The notes under the pieces are model-generated. The model saw only the letters and a program-made list of their open reading frames with translations. It made no database searches and was not told the DNA's origin. DNA of 64,000 nt from Eledone cirrhosa. Taxonomy: Eukaryota. Shown one piece after another: positions 1 to 13,400 of this stretch; position 1 is the stretch's first letter; every line of letters begins with the position of its first letter. Both the position numbers and the translations under genes were made by a program. The stretch covers positions 230,826,001-230,890,000 of the forward strand of contig OZ024741.1 of the NCBI GenBank assembly GCA_964016885.1, in the 5' to 3' direction.

Positions 1-183
1 TTCAAGAAAATTGGCCCCGCCCCGCTTTTTGGAACACTACAAAAGGCATGCTTGCTGGGAACAACAAGAACCCTCCGATACGTCCTGAATATCTGAGACT
101 GTAGGTAGTGGCTTGATATTCATTTCAACGACTTTCCAGTTAACTAACAGTTAACTAACATCAATGACTGAGACTCAAAGAAC
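1..183 (+). mobile_element. 3' end of an R4/Dong-clade non-LTR retrotransposon (copy 1)
   Basis: Near-identical to 990-1160: same C-terminus (..TLQKACLLGT.R.LRYVLNI*) and 3' UTR, ending in (AAT)n at 184-216. Confidence 0.8.
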
Positions 184-216
<33 letters not shown>

Positions 217-217
217 T

Positions 218-1160
218 ACGTGACCTATAGTAAGGAGCCAATGCTCAGAACTGTACTGAAGGAGGGGACAGTAGGCCAGGGGATGTCCAAGGAGGAAATA
301 ACATCAAGGAGGAAGAGCAGCCTTAAGGGAAAATCCCTTCATAGTACCTTCTTTGAGAAAACTGAATTTAGAGATCCACAGACATGGAACTGGTGGAGAA
401 GAGGAGACCTCAAAAAGGCTACAGAAGGAATGCTAATGGCTGCGCAGGAGCAGGCCCTCAAAACGAAGTGGTTGAAGCACCATATTTACAAGGAGGAGGC
501 TAGCCCACTGTGCAGGATCTGTGGAGAGAGAGAGGAGACTGTGGCTCACATTGTATCCGAGTGTAAACACCTAGCCCAGACCCACTATAAGGGCTGGAGA
601 CACGATGTGATGGGCAGGGTGATCCACTGGCACCTGTGCAAAGTAAACAATTTACCACATTCTGAGAAATGGTATGAGCATAGGCCAGAGGCGGTGATGG
701 AGAACAATCAGGTGAAGGTGCTGTGGGATTTTAGGATACAGACGGACAAAAAACTGGAACACAATAGACCTGACCTGGTGGTTGTGGACAAAGAAAAAAG
801 ATCGTGTCTGATTGTGGATGTGGCCTGCCCTTTCGACACGAGAGTGCAAGAGAAGGAGAGGGAGAAAATTAACCGATACCAGGACCTAAAGTGGGAGGTG
901 AAAAGGATTTGGAACTGCCATGAAGTCAAAGTGATCCCGATCGTCATAGGCGCACTGGGGACTATCTCCAAAAGTTTCCAGGGATGGTTAAAGAAAATCG
1001 GCCCCTTCACGCTTTTTGGAACGCTTCAAAAGGCATGCTTGCTGGGAACAGCAAGAATCCTCCGATACGTCCTGAATATCTGAGGCTGCAGGTAGTGGCT
1101 TGATATTCATTCCAACGGACTTTCCAGTTAACCAACATCAATGTCTGAGATTCAAGGAAT
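218..1160 (+). mobile_element. 5'-truncated R4/Dong-clade LINE (restriction-like endonuclease C-terminus)
   Basis: ORF 220-1083 has the CCHC knuckle CRICGEREETVAHIVSEC, RHD, LWDFRIQTD, the PD-(D/E)xK core RPDLVVVDK...IVDVACP and PIVIGALG. It is flanked on both sides by (AAT)n. Confidence 0.85.
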
Positions 1161-1188
1161 AACAACAATAATAATAATAATAATACTA

Positions 1189-1233
1189 ATTGTTTCTACG
1201 TCAGACTCAAGGCCAGAAATTACCCAGTGTATT
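1189..1233 (-). mobile_element. 3' fragment of the tRNA-derived SINE
   Basis: attgtttctac...caaggccagaaattacccagtgtatta matches the SINE tail at 10211-10257. Confidence 0.6.
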
Positions 1234-1234
1234 A

Positions 1235-4200
1235 ATGATTTCATTTATTAGCCACAAGGGCCGACATGTAGGGGACAATACAAAGACAGGGACAGTGGGG
1301 GTTCACAATAAGGTCGATTAAAAGTGCACAATAGCAAGACTAATTTAACAATGAAAATATAAAAATATAAAATAAACTATGCATAAATATAATAAAATAA
1401 ATTCCCCGATAGGGGGTGGACGACCCTGGGGTGACTCGGGTACCCCACCAATCCTGAACCACCCTGCGCTTCTAGGGCACCCGGGGAGAGCACCCCTCTC
1501 CTCAAGTTAGCTAGCCTATAGGCGCATGGTCAAAGTAGGCCCATTCACACGAGCCATTCTCGCCACATTCACTCACCATTTATCAAATTTACTGGGGGGG
1601 GGGCACTTCCCTCTTCACCCTCACCTTCCTTTCCAGGTGAAACTTGAAGAAGTTGATGAGGGATTGGCCGAAGAGAAAAGTGTCTGTCTTCAGTCCTTTT
1701 AACCTCGTCCACCATACAACCTCTTTTGCAACTGCCACCAGAGAGAGGAAAATTTCCTGCTCTTCCAGACCTAAGGAAGGCGGTGGATCGATCTTCACTA
1801 TGGACTCGGCCGATAGCCGGATTCGTTCCACACGCGAGAGTAGCTGTTCGACATAACTCCACAAGTCAGTAATGCACGGACATTGGCAAGTGCGTGCAGA
1901 ACGGTTTCGTCGTTCTGCGCACATCTTGGGCAGGTCCGTCTAACAGCACTTCCGTGCCTGTAGAGTTTATCACAAACCGGCAGTGCCCCTCGGTAGCACT
2001 GCCAAGCGAGGGATTTCTGGAAATTGTCCATCGTACCCGGCTCAAAAGTCCTCAGGTACAGACTGGTCAGTTCGACTTCGTCGAAGCCCAAAGCTTCTCC
2101 GAGTGCCTCATCGCACATGCTCACCATTAATCCTCTATAGAACTCGAGAGTGGAAGTTCCACTGATCGCATTTCCCGCTTGGCAGAGGGCAGTGAGTGCC
2201 TGGCAACATTCCAGGTGCCAGTCACCCAATCTCGGTCTCTCCTTGACCCAGGACTGCAGCTCAGTCAAAGAAATGAGCTGCGGAAAGACCCGTCTGATAA
2301 ACGGCGACAACACCTGTTAACCGTTGAGGCAGTATATCTGGAGTTGTCGCAGCCTCAACGCATGTCTGCGCATCATTAGCCACGGCATGCCCAGCCCTCC
2401 GCGTAGAGGGTGCTGGCAGCAGATGGACCGCCTCACCAACGGAACTTGTCCCCTCCACAATAATTTGAAGAGGAGCCGTTCCAACTTGACGAGGCGCGGA
2501 CGGGGGCAAGACACGACTGTCAGGCTGTAGTAGATGACGGACGCGATGTATGCATTCACCACCTCCGCGCGACCTTTCAGTGATGGCTCTCTCCCAGCCC
2601 ATTTTTCGGTGAGACTGGCTACTCTGCTCGTTACCTCGTCCCAATTATTATCCACCTGGAGGTCTGGTCCGAACCAAACCTCGAGCAACCTGACTGGTCA
2701 GTCTGTCCAGCGTCCCACGACGCTGGTGGACGGCATGGGCTTGCCTCTCCAGGTTCAGAGCTGCAAGCCCACCGACTTTTCCGGGTTAAGTTTGGCTCCT
2801 GTCAAACTTTCACATTCCTTCAATAAGGTGCCGACCACCTCGATTTCTGAGGTCTTCGACACCATCACGGTGATGTCGTCCGCATAAGCCGACACCGCCT
2901 TTCCACGTCCCAGTTCGAGCGGGACGCCCTGCAAAAGCTCCAGCTTCCGCAGTAAAGGCTCGAGAGTCAATACGTACAGAAGGAAAGAGAGAGCGCACCA
3001 TTGACGGACCGTCGGGAGAGCCGAAATGGTTCCGAGAGGTGGCCATTAACCTTGACCACCGAGCGTGTGCCGCAGTGCATTGCAGCGATCCAGCTTCTAA
3101 AGACAGGGCCGAAGCCAGCTGCTTTGAGGACAAACTGCAGATACCGATGGTCGACCCTATCGAATGCTTTCGATTGTTCTAAATTGATCAGTGCCCCACC
3201 GATGCCAGGTTTACACCCTACCCTCTCTATGATGTATCGCATGAGGTGGAGATTGTCGTGTATGGACCTGGTTGGGATTGCGCAAGTTTGCCCCCCCCCC
3301 ACCAAATCCTCGACAAAAAGCGCCAATCTCTTTGCTAACACCTTGGCCAAAATCTTAAACTCTGTGTTGAGCAGAGTTATGGGCCTGAAGTTGTCTAATG
3401 TATCCCTCTTGTTCTCGTCTTTCCTTATCACCGTCACCACTCCCCTGCTCACAGAACTGGGAATAATACCATTCTGCTGCCAGTTGCAGTAGAGTGCTTC
3501 GAGGAGTTCGGAGAACAAGTCTGGCATATTTATGTAAAGCTCGTAGGGGAGGCCATCCAAACCGGGTTACTTACGCCTCATGCAGCGACAAGGGCGTCCT
3601 GAATTTCGGCTGAAGTAATCGGCCTTTCGTAGCGCTCAGCGTCGACCGTTGAGATGCGCGGCAAGCCGTCAAGGAAGGGACTGAAATCCGCTACTCTCTT
3701 TGACTCGCCACTCTCCCCGAACAACCGAGCAAAGTGCTATCTTGTGTCCGTCTCGGTCCACCAAAGACCGAATTGTGGTTGTATTACCACGCTGCGCCTC
3801 CGCCACGCGGGCCCATCGAACAGCTTTGGTTCCCTCGTTTCTCAGCGCACGCGCCTTAGCTCTGACAATGCAACCTTCGTGTTTGGCATTGAAGAAATGG
3901 TCTGATGCCATTCTCGCCGCTAGCACGTCAGTTGCAATGCCACTACAAATAGCCTCGTCTAACTTATCTAACCAGCTCCCCCTCCTTTTTATTTTACTCT
4001 AACGCTAGTTCTTTGCTGAACTCTATCGAAGTTACTCTAATCTCTCTTTTGAGAGCCCCCCCCTCACCATCTGTTGTTGATGATCCCCCCTGTCAACTTT
4101 TTCTTAACTAAATTGTTGATCGGTCCCTGTAAGCCTTATGTGCCGGAAATGACATGTTCAGCTTCCAGTAACCCGGTCCTAACCTACGCGTTTTATCTAG

Positions 4201-6210
4201 GTCTACCGTACAGATCACAAATTTGTGATCTGAATAGGCGACCATTTTAAAAAGTGGGCAGCCCACACTCTTTCTATCTATTTTCCTAAAGAAGATCCTG
4301 TCTATATACGATCTAGATGACGCCATTCGGTTGGTCCATGTCCACATTGGCACATTGGGGAAATCTAGTCGATACCTGTCAGCTACTCCCACACAATCCC
4401 AGCGTGCGTCTAAGATGCCATTCCAGTCCCCCGCTAAAAGTAAAGGGCGAGACGTACCCATAAAGGTCTCCAGGTGTCTAAAGAAGTTCGGTCGGCCGGT
4501 CCCTGTAGGGGCGTAGACGGCCAGCAGTCTACAGGCAACCTTCGCTACTGCTCACATCCAAGACCACCAACTTACCATCCGGGTCCCGAAAGATCGACCT
4601 TACCTCGAGATCCAGTCCTTTCCTAAACGTCACTGCCACCCACCCCCGATTACCGGTCTGCTAACAGATGCGAAGATCTGATAGTCGTCGAAAATGGGGG
4701 CTAGTTCGCGCGTGTCGGAAATTCTGGTCTCGCTGACGGCAATCACATCCATTTCCAGCGACCTGACGTCGTTGAGCAGGCGACCCTGCTTCCAGGGTGA
4801 CCCCAGGGCGCGAACATTTGAACTTCCTACTCTTAATATGGCCATATTGGTAAGCTAAGAGAGAGAGGGAAGGTTTACTTACCTCCCGGGGTCTTGTGAA
4901 GGTCGGGTTGTTCGACCTCCATGGTTGGTGGGGTTTCTTTTGGGAACCCCTTTAAAAGTCTTGATGTGGGTTTAACATTCGGGGTTCGCACGTCTTGAGG
5001 AAAGCTCTCTCGAATTTGTTTGAAGGAATTGAGTGACATTCGGACCAGAAGCATATCTTCTGGCACGCAAAATGTGCTCATTTCAAAAATCACCCCTCTG
5101 TTTGAATGTCCTCGCTTCGTGCTAAGAGGGCCATCAGTTTATCGTTGGCCCTTCTGACAAGCACGAAGTTTTTAACATTTTGTTGGTGTGGTTGTTTGCG
5201 TTTCGGGGATTGTGGAGGTGGTGTCGATGTTGCTGTTGGTGATGATGTTATTGGGGAAGTGTTTGCGTTAGTGGTGTCTGTATTTTTCGTTGTGTATGTT
5301 TTTGTGTTTTGTTGGGGCTTTTTTGTGAGTTTTCTCTGTTTTTTTGCACTTTTGGGTTTTCCATCTTCTTCGCTGCTGGAAGATAAAGGGTCTGTGGCTG
5401 TGAGTATCTCTGTGTCTGTGTGTGCGTTTATTGTTTTGTCTATGTGTATAATTGGGAGGGGGTGGGTATGGGGAGTGGGAGAGCTTTCCTCGTTTTCCCC
5501 TTGGATTGGTTTTGGTGTTGGTGGTGATCCGGCTGTTTTTGATGTTGGGTCCGTCTTTTTGTTGGTGTTGTTTTTGGTAGTGGTGGTGGTAGTGCAGCTT
5601 TCTGTGCTGACACTGGCGTTGGCAACAAAGGAGGTTTGCGACCCCCTGCATTTTTGCGCTGAGGGCAGAAGGCTTGCAGATGCGTTGCTTCCACGCATAC
5701 GAAGCAGCGTGGCCTTCTTCCGTCAATCATTAGTTGGATTGTTGTCCCGTCCTGCAGGCGGGCAAAATCCGGGATGTTGTTCATGTCCTTCGGTTTCATT
5801 TGGAGAAGAATCTCGAAATCCATCCCAGACCAGTCCTCTCTCTCTGTCCTTTTGTTTTCCAGGAGGGTAGTGTCTGTTCCCTCCTCGATTACGCATCCCA
5901 GCAGCCACCATATGTTCATTCCTGGTGGGATGATGGGAATGCGTACCTTTACTGTCCTTTTACCCATGTAGGACGGATGCAAGATAATGCGTTCCGTTCT
6001 GCAGGGGGTCACCGAGTGCTTAATAGCGAGGGCCCGGTTTTGAACAGTACCGAGATGGTGCCGAACTGTTTGCCTCTTGCTTTGTACTCTATGTTACTTC
6101 CGATGTACTCCAAAGCAGCCTCGACCTCTGCTCTGCTGGCAAGTTCCACTTTTCGTGACTGCACCGAAATGCATCGAAATAACACGGTCCTCCTTTGCAT
6201 GGCCGCTATT
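1235..6210 (-). mobile_element. L1/Tx1-clade LINE copy A (5'-truncated in ORF1; ORF2 frameshifted)
   Basis: ORF1 remnant with CCHC CFVCVEATHLQAFC. ORF2 from ATG 4845 has APE motifs (NVRAL, VIAVSET, GDWN, SRSYIDR, YSDH), RT motifs (NFRPITLLN, SKAFDRVDH, AYADD) and the C-terminal CPRC..ETVLH zinc motif. The 3' UTR has AATAAA. Confidence 0.9.
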
Positions 6211-6225
6211 GTAATAATAATAATA

Positions 6226-9200
6226 ATGCAAGAGTTTACACAAAGTAGACATTAAGGACAGTACAAGACAATACAGGATGGTACAAAAGGGCATTTCTGC
6301 GTGTAAATCAAACAAGAAACAGAGGATGTAATAATAGAACAATGAAAAAATTCCCCAATAGTGGGAAGACTTCCGAGGGACATTCGTGGAGAAAGCCCAT
6401 TAAAAAGCCACAGTGACACTGACCACCAGGACAAGTGCCCTCTCCAAGTTTTCTACCTTTAATTTACAGACACATACTCAGAGTAGACCCATTCACTCGG
6501 GCCATTCTTGCCTCTCTCTCCCCTCTTTCAACAAAATGCTGGGAAGAGAGCACTTCCCTTTCTACTCCTGATATTTCTTTTTAAATGAAATTTGAAAAAA
6601 GTTAATCAGGGCATCACCGAAGAGGTAAGTGCTCGTCTTCAGCCCTTTCAAACGCGTCTACCATACTATCTCGTTCTTCATGGCCACCAGACAGATAAAA
6701 ACTGCCTGCACTTCCCGGCTAAAGGAAGAGGGCGGGGCAATCCTCACGATGGATAGCAGGTGTTCGGCATAAACCCACAAGTCAGTAATGCTCGGACACT
6801 GGACGAGTGCGTGCAGGACGGTTTCGTCGGTCTGCGCGCATCTCGGACATTCCCGGCTGACGGCACCTCCATGTCTGTAGAGTTTATCCCGAACTGGCAA
6901 AGCTCCTCAGTAGCATGCAAGGCCAGGGATTTCTGAAAGTTGTTCATAGGCCCCGGCCCGAAAGTCCTTCCGAAGATTATCGTCGACGCCTAGAGTTTCC
7001 CCAAGTACCTCGTCGCTCTTCCTCTCCACTAATCTTCTATAGAATGCCAAGGTGGAGTTTCCACCAATCACATTGCCCGATTGGTCGAGGGTTGTGAGCG
7101 CCTGAAGACATTCCAGTCTCCAAGCGCTCCTTCTCGGTCTTCGCTTGTCCCTGGACTGCAGCTCCGTCAAGGAGACGAGCTGGGGAAAGACGCGCCTAGC
7201 AAACGGCGACCACACCTGATGACCGTCGAGGAAGAGGTGGAGATGTCGTAACCTGAGCACGTGTCTGCGCATCAAAAGCTACGGCATTCCCAGCCCTCCA
7301 CAGCAGATGAACCGCCTGACCATCGGAGCGCGTCCCTTCCACAAAAAGCGAAAGAGCAAACGCTCCAGCGCAGTCAGGCAGGGCTTAGGACAAGGTACGA
7401 CGATCAGGCGGTAGTAGATGACGGACGCGATGTACGCGTTAGCCACCGCCGCTCAACCTTTCAGGGATAGCTTCCTCTCGGCCCATTTCTGGGTGAGAGA
7501 AGCCACTCTGCTCGTCACCTCTTCCCAGTTTTTGTCCGTCTGGAGGTCTGGACCGAATCAGACCCCGAGCAATTTACCCGGTCCGTCCTTCCAGCGTCGA
7601 CGACGCTGTTGGACGGCATGGAGCTGCCTCTCCAGGTGCCGAGCTGCAGGCGCAGTGACTTTTCCTGGTTGATCATTGCTCCTGTCACCACTTCGTATTC
7701 TCTTAGTGTAGTGCCGATCGCCTCGATGTGTTTGGCGTTCGACATCACTACGGTGACATCGTCCGCATATGCTGACACGGATCTTCCGCATCCTAGTTCG
7801 CGCGGGAGCCCCCTCAACGTCTCCACTTTGTGCAGTAATGGCTCGAGAGTCTATACGTACAAGAGGGACGAGAGGGGACATCCTTGGCGGACCGAGCGCA
7901 TGATGTCGAACGGTTCCGAAAGGTGACCGTTCACTCTCACCACAGAGCAGATGTCGCTGTGCATGGCAGCTATCCAGCCTCTGAAGGTGGGCCCAAAGCC
8001 AACCGCCCTCTGGACTGCCGCTAGGTAACGATGGTCGACCCTATCGAAAGCTTTCGACTGATCTAAATTGATGAAGGGCCCACCCGTGCCAGGTTCCCTA
8101 GCTACTCTCTCTACGATGTATCGTATGAGGTAGAGGTTGTCGTGGATGGATCTGTCGGGAATGGCGCATGTCTGCGCCTCTCCCACTAGACCACCAACGA
8201 CAAGCGCCAACCTCTTTGCTAGCACCTTTCCCAAAATCTTGAACTCTGTGTTTAGCAGTGTTATGGGCCTAAAATTATCTATGTTATCTCCCTTATTCGG
8301 ATCCTTTCTCAACAGCGCCACAGATCCTCGGCTCACAGAGCTGGGAATTCTCCCGTTCTGTCGCCAGTTGCAGTAGACGTCCGCCAAGAGGACTCCGCAC
8401 AAGTCAGCATCTATACGTAAAGTTCATAGGGCACACCAACCAAACCAGGCGATTTACCCCTTATGCAGCCAGTCATTGCCTCCCGTACTTCAGCGATGTT
8501 ATCGGCTTTTCGCAACATTCCGCCTCAGTGGCCGAGAGCCGCGGCAGTCCGTCGAGGTAGACACTAAAGTCCATCCCTCGATCCGGCTCGCCGCTGCCCC
8601 CGAACAGCTGTGCGAAGTGTCGCTGAAAAGCTTCACACATTTGCCCGGGATCGAGTAACATGCGCCCGTCGTATTCCGCCAAAGACTGGATCGGGGCTTT
8701 GTTGCTAGTTCTGGCGCGTTGGTGGTGGTGGTGTTGGTTTTGCTACTGTTGCTGGGTTGTTGCTGTTACAGTTGCTTCTTATGTTGCTGCTTCAGTTGTT
8801 GCTGCCATCTCTGCTATTGGTGTAGTAGTTGGTTGAGTCACTGGGGTGGGTAAGAGGGGTGGCTCAACCTTTTAGGCTGAGGGCAGAAAGCCCTTAGATG
8901 GGTTCCTTCACCACAAACGACACACCTAGACTTTTTGCCCTCGACGAAAACGGTGAGGTGGCTGACGTCAGTGAGGTCTATTACCTCTGCGATCTCATGA
9001 TTGCTTTTTTGGTCCGCTTGGATCAGGAGCTCCATCCCAGATCCGGACCAGTTCTCCTGCTTTTCTTTCGGTATTTCGATTATCTTGGTGTTGGCTTCGA
9101 TGTCGGCGAGGACGGCAGCTATTAGCCAGGGAATTTCGATGGCCGGTGGAACGTGGGTCACGCTGATCTTCACGAATCTCTGGCCACAATAGCTTGGGAC

Positions 9201-10158
9201 GAGTGTGAAGTCCTTACTTCTTAATGCGGCCATGGAGTGTTCTCTGGCCTCCTGTGGTGTTTCAAAGAACACGTCCACGGTTCCATACTTCTGCCCACGT
9301 CTGATGTGGGGGGTTTTTTGCCCACACATGTCCCAAAGTTTTTGGATTTGGGACTCGGATGCCCGTTCCACTCGGCGCGACTTTATGTTAATCGTCCGAT
9401 AAGACACGGTGCATAGGCTCCGATGCTCCATTTTATTAGGGGGGGGGGGGAGGCTGACCCTGTACCCATCTTTCTGTACCATTTTTTTGGCTTCTTCTAA
9501 TTCCTCCTGAGTTACCTGGAATGCTTCGCACTGTTTTGCTACTCTGGCAAAACTCAGGGTGGTTTTCTTAATTTCATTGTTGCTGTTGTTGTTATCGTTA
9601 TTTTTGTTATTGTTAATTTTAGTTTCAGTTGTGGTGGTGGTGGTGGCGTCAGTGGTGTTCGGTGTGGAAGAGTTCATTTTGGTTGAATTCATTTCGATAT
9701 CACGAGTTAATTTATTTTTTTTATTTTGTTTCTGTTGTCGCTGTGGTGGTGGTGGCTTTAACACCTGCAGTCATTGGTAATGGCGGGAAATGAATGTCTG
9801 CCTGAGACAAATTTAAATTATTGCTACTGCTTATATTTTTAGTGTTGGCAAACGCAGTAAAATTTACAATGGTGGTGTCGGTGTGAGGTGTTAGTTTGTG
9901 AGGAAGGCTCTCAGCTACTGGGTTCAGCTATGAGTCGGCCATGATATTTCAAAGAAATTTTTTTTTTTTGAGATTTATAAAAAGTTTAAATTTTGGGCTC
10001 AAGGCCCCAATCTTTTTGAGTGACCTTTTCAGAAATCAATGTATGTGCACTTATATACAGCTCACGATAAACATTTTCCATAAATGGCAATTTTAAACAA
10101 CTGAAAATAACAAATCTTTGCGGAGCTCACGATAATACGATTTACTACGTAGGTCACC
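6226..10158 (-). mobile_element. L1/Tx1-clade LINE copy B (both termini present, endonuclease region deleted at ~8700)
   Basis: ORF1 8838-9764 has RRM-like YGTVDVFF and CVVCGEGTHLRAFC. RT at 7851-8402 has DQSKAFDRVDH and SVRQGCPLS, with AYADD near 7760. The ORF1 tail joins directly to mid-ORF2. Bounded by (AAT)n at 6213-6226 and 10159-10212. Confidence 0.9.

Positions 10159-10212
<54 letters not shown>
10159..10212. repeat. (AAT)n microsatellite
   Basis: Perfect AAT run between the 5' end of copy B and the SINE tail. Confidence 0.95.
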
Positions 10213-10400
10213 TGTTTCTACTTTAGGCACAAGACCAGCAATCACCCAGTGCATTACTGGTACTTTATTTTATCGACCCCCTAAGGATGAATGGCAAAGT
10301 CAACTTCGGCGGGATTTGAACTCAGATCGTAAAGGGACGTAACTATGCTGGAAAGCATGGTGTCTGACCCTCTACCGATACTGCCAATCCACCGCCCTCT
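10211..10400 (-). mobile_element. Full-length tRNA-derived SINE with Nin/Deu-like core
   Basis: On the minus strand: A-box-like TGGCAGTATCGG (10386-10375), B-box GAGTTCAAATCCC (10323-10311), core GCCATTCATCCTTAGGGGGTCGATAAAATAAAGTACC and an (ATT)n tail. Flanked by AAT repeats on both sides. Confidence 0.8.
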
Positions 10401-10415
10401 TAATAATAATAATAA

Positions 10416-13400
10416 TGATTTATTTATTGGCTACAAGAAAAACATTACAGACATCAAGAAAAATATTACAGACGGCACAGGACGGTACAGGACGGTACGA
10501 TGTGGGTTTTGTGCGTGTAAATATTTTTATTATTTATATAAGAAAAGAAAAAAAAGACATAGAAGCATATATATATAAACAATAAAAATGATAATTGAAA
10601 CAATGAAAAATTCCCCAATAGGGGGGAAACCTCCGAGGGTTAATCGTGGCGAAAAACAACACAAAAGACCATGGCCAACCTGACCACCAGGGCAAGCGCC
10701 CTCTCTCAATTTTTCCATTTCTCAAACTACAGACGTATATTCAGAGCGGTCCCGTTCACTCGGACCATTCTCGCTACATTCACCCACCTTTCGACAAACT
10801 TGCTAGAAGGCAGCACTTGCCTCTCCACCCTGATTTTCCTCTTCAAGTGAAACTTGAAAAAGTTAATATTCACCGAAGAGGAAAGTGTCTGTCTTTAACC
10901 CTTTCAACCTTGTCCACCACACAATGTCTTTCGGCATGGCCACCAGGCAGATGAAGACCCCCTGCCCTTCCTTCTCGAAAGAAAACGGCGAGACCATCGG
11001 CACAATGGACTCAGTCGATAATGGGAAAGTCCTATACGCGACAGCAACTGTTCGACATAGCTTCACAAGTCAGCAATGCTTGGGCACTGAAGGATTGCGC
11101 GCACAATGGTTTGGTTACTCTGAGCGCATCTCGGACAGGCTCGGCTGACGGCACTTTTGTGCTTGTAGAGCTTATCTCGAAACGGCAACGCTCCCCGGTA
11201 GACGACCAGGCCAGTAATTTCTGGAAGTTATCCATAGACCCCGGGATGAAAGTTCTCCGGAAATGGGCAAACAGCTGATCTTCTTCGACGCCCAAAATTT
11301 CTCCGAGAACGTCGTCGCACTTCCCCTCTACTAGTCCTCTACAGAACTCCGTGGTGCATGTCCCACAGATACTGGTGCCCCACTGGCACAGAGCAGTGAG
11401 CGCCTGGAGACATTCTAGTATCCAAGCGCTATCCCTCGGTCTTTCCCAAGGAGACGAGCTGTGGGAAAACGTGCCTAGCGAACGGCGACCACACCTGTTC
11501 ACCGTCAATGAAGCACCAGAGATGTCGCAGCCTCAGCGCATGTTTGCGCATCATCAGCCATTGCATGCCCAGTCCTCCACGCAACTGGTGTTGACAGCAG
11601 ATAGATCGTCTGACCATGGGAGCGCGTCCCTTCCACAAAAAAACGGAAGAGGAGGCGCTCCATTTTGGTGAGAGTTGGGCAGGGCAAGGGACGACGGTGA
11701 GGCGGTAGAAGATGACGGATGCGATGTACGCATTCGCCACCTCAGCCTGGCCTTTCAGTGATGGCTTCCTATCGGCCCATTTTTGGATGAGGGCGGCCAC
11801 CCTGCTCGTCACCTCGCTCCAGTTTTTCTCCATCTGGATGTCCGGTCCGAATAACACACCGAGCAAGTTAACAGGTTTTTACTAGTCTATCTTTGCTCCT
11901 GTCACCACTTCGTATTCCTTGAGAGCGGTGCCGAGCATCTGGACGTGTCTGGTGTCCGACAACACGACAGTGAAGTTGTCGGCGCAAGCTGACTCGGATT
12001 TCCCGCATCCTAGTTCGCGTAGGACGCCACTCATCGCCCCCAGTTTGTGCAGTAACGGCTCGAGAGCCAATACCTACAAGAGGGACGAGAGTGGACAAGC
12101 CTGGCGGACCGAGCGCATGATGCTAAACGGCTGCGACAGGTGGTATTTCACACTCAACACTGAGAAAATGTCGTTGTACATCGCAGCGAACCAACCCCTG
12201 AAAACGGGTCCGAAACCCGCTGCCTCGAGGACCGCCGCCACGTACCGATGGTCGATCCTATCGAATGCTTTGGATTGATCCAAGTTGATTAGGGCCCCAC
12301 CCGTGCCAGGTTCCTTAACAACCCTCTCTACGATGTATTGCATGAGGTGGACGTTGTCGTTTATGGATCTGCCCGGAATGGCACATGTCTGCGCCTCTCC
12401 CACCAAACCCACAACGACAAGCGCCAACCTCATTGCTAACACCTTGGCCAAAATCTTGAACTCTGCGTTTAGCACGGTTATGGGCCTGAAGTTATCGATA
12501 ACATCCCTCTTGTTCGGGTCTTTTCTCAGCAGCGCCACCGCTCCCCGGCTCACAAAACTTGCAATGCTCTCGTTCTGCTGCCAGTTGCAGTAGACATCTG
12601 CCAAGAGATCACCGAACAAGTCTGGCATAAATGCATAAAGCTCGTAGGGTAGATCATCCAAACCCGGCGATTTACACCCCGTGCAGTTAACGATCGCTTC
12701 CCGTATTTCACCGGCTGTTATTTGCTTTTCGCAACACTGCGCTGCGGTCGTCGAGAGCCGAGGCAGTCCGTCGAGGTATGCACTGAAGTCCATACCCCGA
12801 TCCGGCCCGCCGCTGATCCCGAACATTTCAGCTGAAAAGCTTCACACATCTGCTCGGGTTCGAGCTACATGCGCTCTTTTTGGTCAGTAAAAGACCAAAT
12901 CGTGGCTTTGTTACCACATCGCGCCTCTGCCACCCGGGACTATTGGACGGCTTTTCACCCTTCGTGTTTCAGAGCACGCTCTCTAGCTCTGACAACGCAG
13001 CCTTCGTGTTTTGCTTTGAATAATTGGTTGAGTGCCAATCTCGCCGCAAGAACGTCGGTTGCGATGCCTGTCCTAAACGCCTCTTCTAGCTTTCTGACTA
13101 ACTCTACCTCTATTCTATTTTCCTCCATCACTTGTCCTTTGCTAAACCTAATCGACTACTTTAATTGCCCTTTTCAGGGCTAACAACCACCAGTTGTTGA
13201 CGACCGCTCACGTCAACCCCCTCTTAACTAATACGCTAATCCTGTCTCTGTAGGCTTTGCGCGCCGGGAAATACGCGTTCAGCTTCCAGTAACCGGGTCC
13301 TTGTCTATGAAGTTTGTCTATGTCGATCTCACAGATCACAACTTTGTGGTCTGTGTAGTCGACTATTTTAAATTGTGGACAAATTATACTAGCCTTATCT

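Noticed and set aside
5106-5870. Long plus-strand hydrophobic ORFs (also 9559, 14251, 15302, 20871, 22242)
   Set aside because: Antisense shadows of A/C-rich low-complexity ORF1 regions, not membrane proteins.
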